A model generated the notes under the pieces. The model had not been told where the DNA came from. It saw only the letters and a list, made by a program, of their open reading frames with translations, and did no database searches. From positions 5,051 through 54,262 of the forward strand of contig NMRA01000207.1 of the NCBI GenBank assembly GCA_002633005.1: 49,212 nt of DNA, read 5' to 3'. A program made the translations under genes and the position numbers. Each line of letters starts with the position of its first letter. Positions within the stretch are counted from its first letter, which is position 1. Of the stretch, positions 48,858 to 49,212 are shown one piece after another. The DNA comes from Phoronis australis. Taxonomy: Eukaryota > Animalia > Phoronida.

Positions 48858-49212
48858 TAAACACCTTTTCTCAAATAAATGAGCTTCGAAAAAAGGACTT
48901 AAATTGAATACTTAATAAGGTATTTCCCAGACAATGCCAAACTTGCAAATTCATTAATCGGTCTATCCTATATATATATATAGGATAGACCACTCAAACG
49001 ATTGACGTCAGTGGTATATCCTATATATATATAGGATAGACCACTCAAACGAATGACGCTAGTGGTATACCCTATATATATATAGGGTAGACCGTTTAAT
49101 GAATATGCAAGTGTGGCATTGTCTGGGCAATACCTTATTAAGTATTCAATTTAAGTCCTTTTTTCGAAGCTCATTTATTTGAGAAAAGCTCATTTCAAAT
49201 GAGAAGGTGTTA
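48858..49212. mobile_element. Foldback MITE with ~105-bp arms and three internal (TA)n palindromes
   Basis: 48866-48960 is inverse to ~49093-49187. Centre has 3x ggtHtatcctatatatatataggRtagacc at ~50-bp spacing. Confidence 0.85.

Overview
Repeat-rich eukaryotic (probably invertebrate animal) scaffold with two N-gaps and single-N contig joins. It contains no prokaryotic operons or CRISPR. The dominant feature is a 17.65-kb decayed Maverick/Polinton (endogenous adintovirus-like virus) at 4368-22021 with ~530-bp TIRs. On the minus strand it carries a C2H2-ZnF/TP/OTU/exonuclease/Vsr protein-primed PolB. On the plus strand it carries a PC4-like ssDNA-binding gene, packaging ATPase, core-like proteins, chromodomain integrase, a small membrane protein, penton, a membrane-lytic candidate, a collapsed major capsid gene and an adenain protease. 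Almost all genes are visibly disrupted. An I-group LINE and a hAT-like element are nested inside it. The Maverick sits inside a host repeat whose relative at 47.5-48.8 kb carries a phased array of CTCF-like motifs. To the right are minus-strand exons of a secreted C-type-lectin-domain host gene, several MITEs, a Ty3/gypsy relic, an Academ derivative, and a Loa/R1-type LINE split by a Kolobok MITE. All calls come from manual motif reading and hand translation, and no database search was run. I see no clearly new biological system. The best leads are the Maverick's accessory genes, TIR architecture and target site, plus the CTCF-motif satellite.
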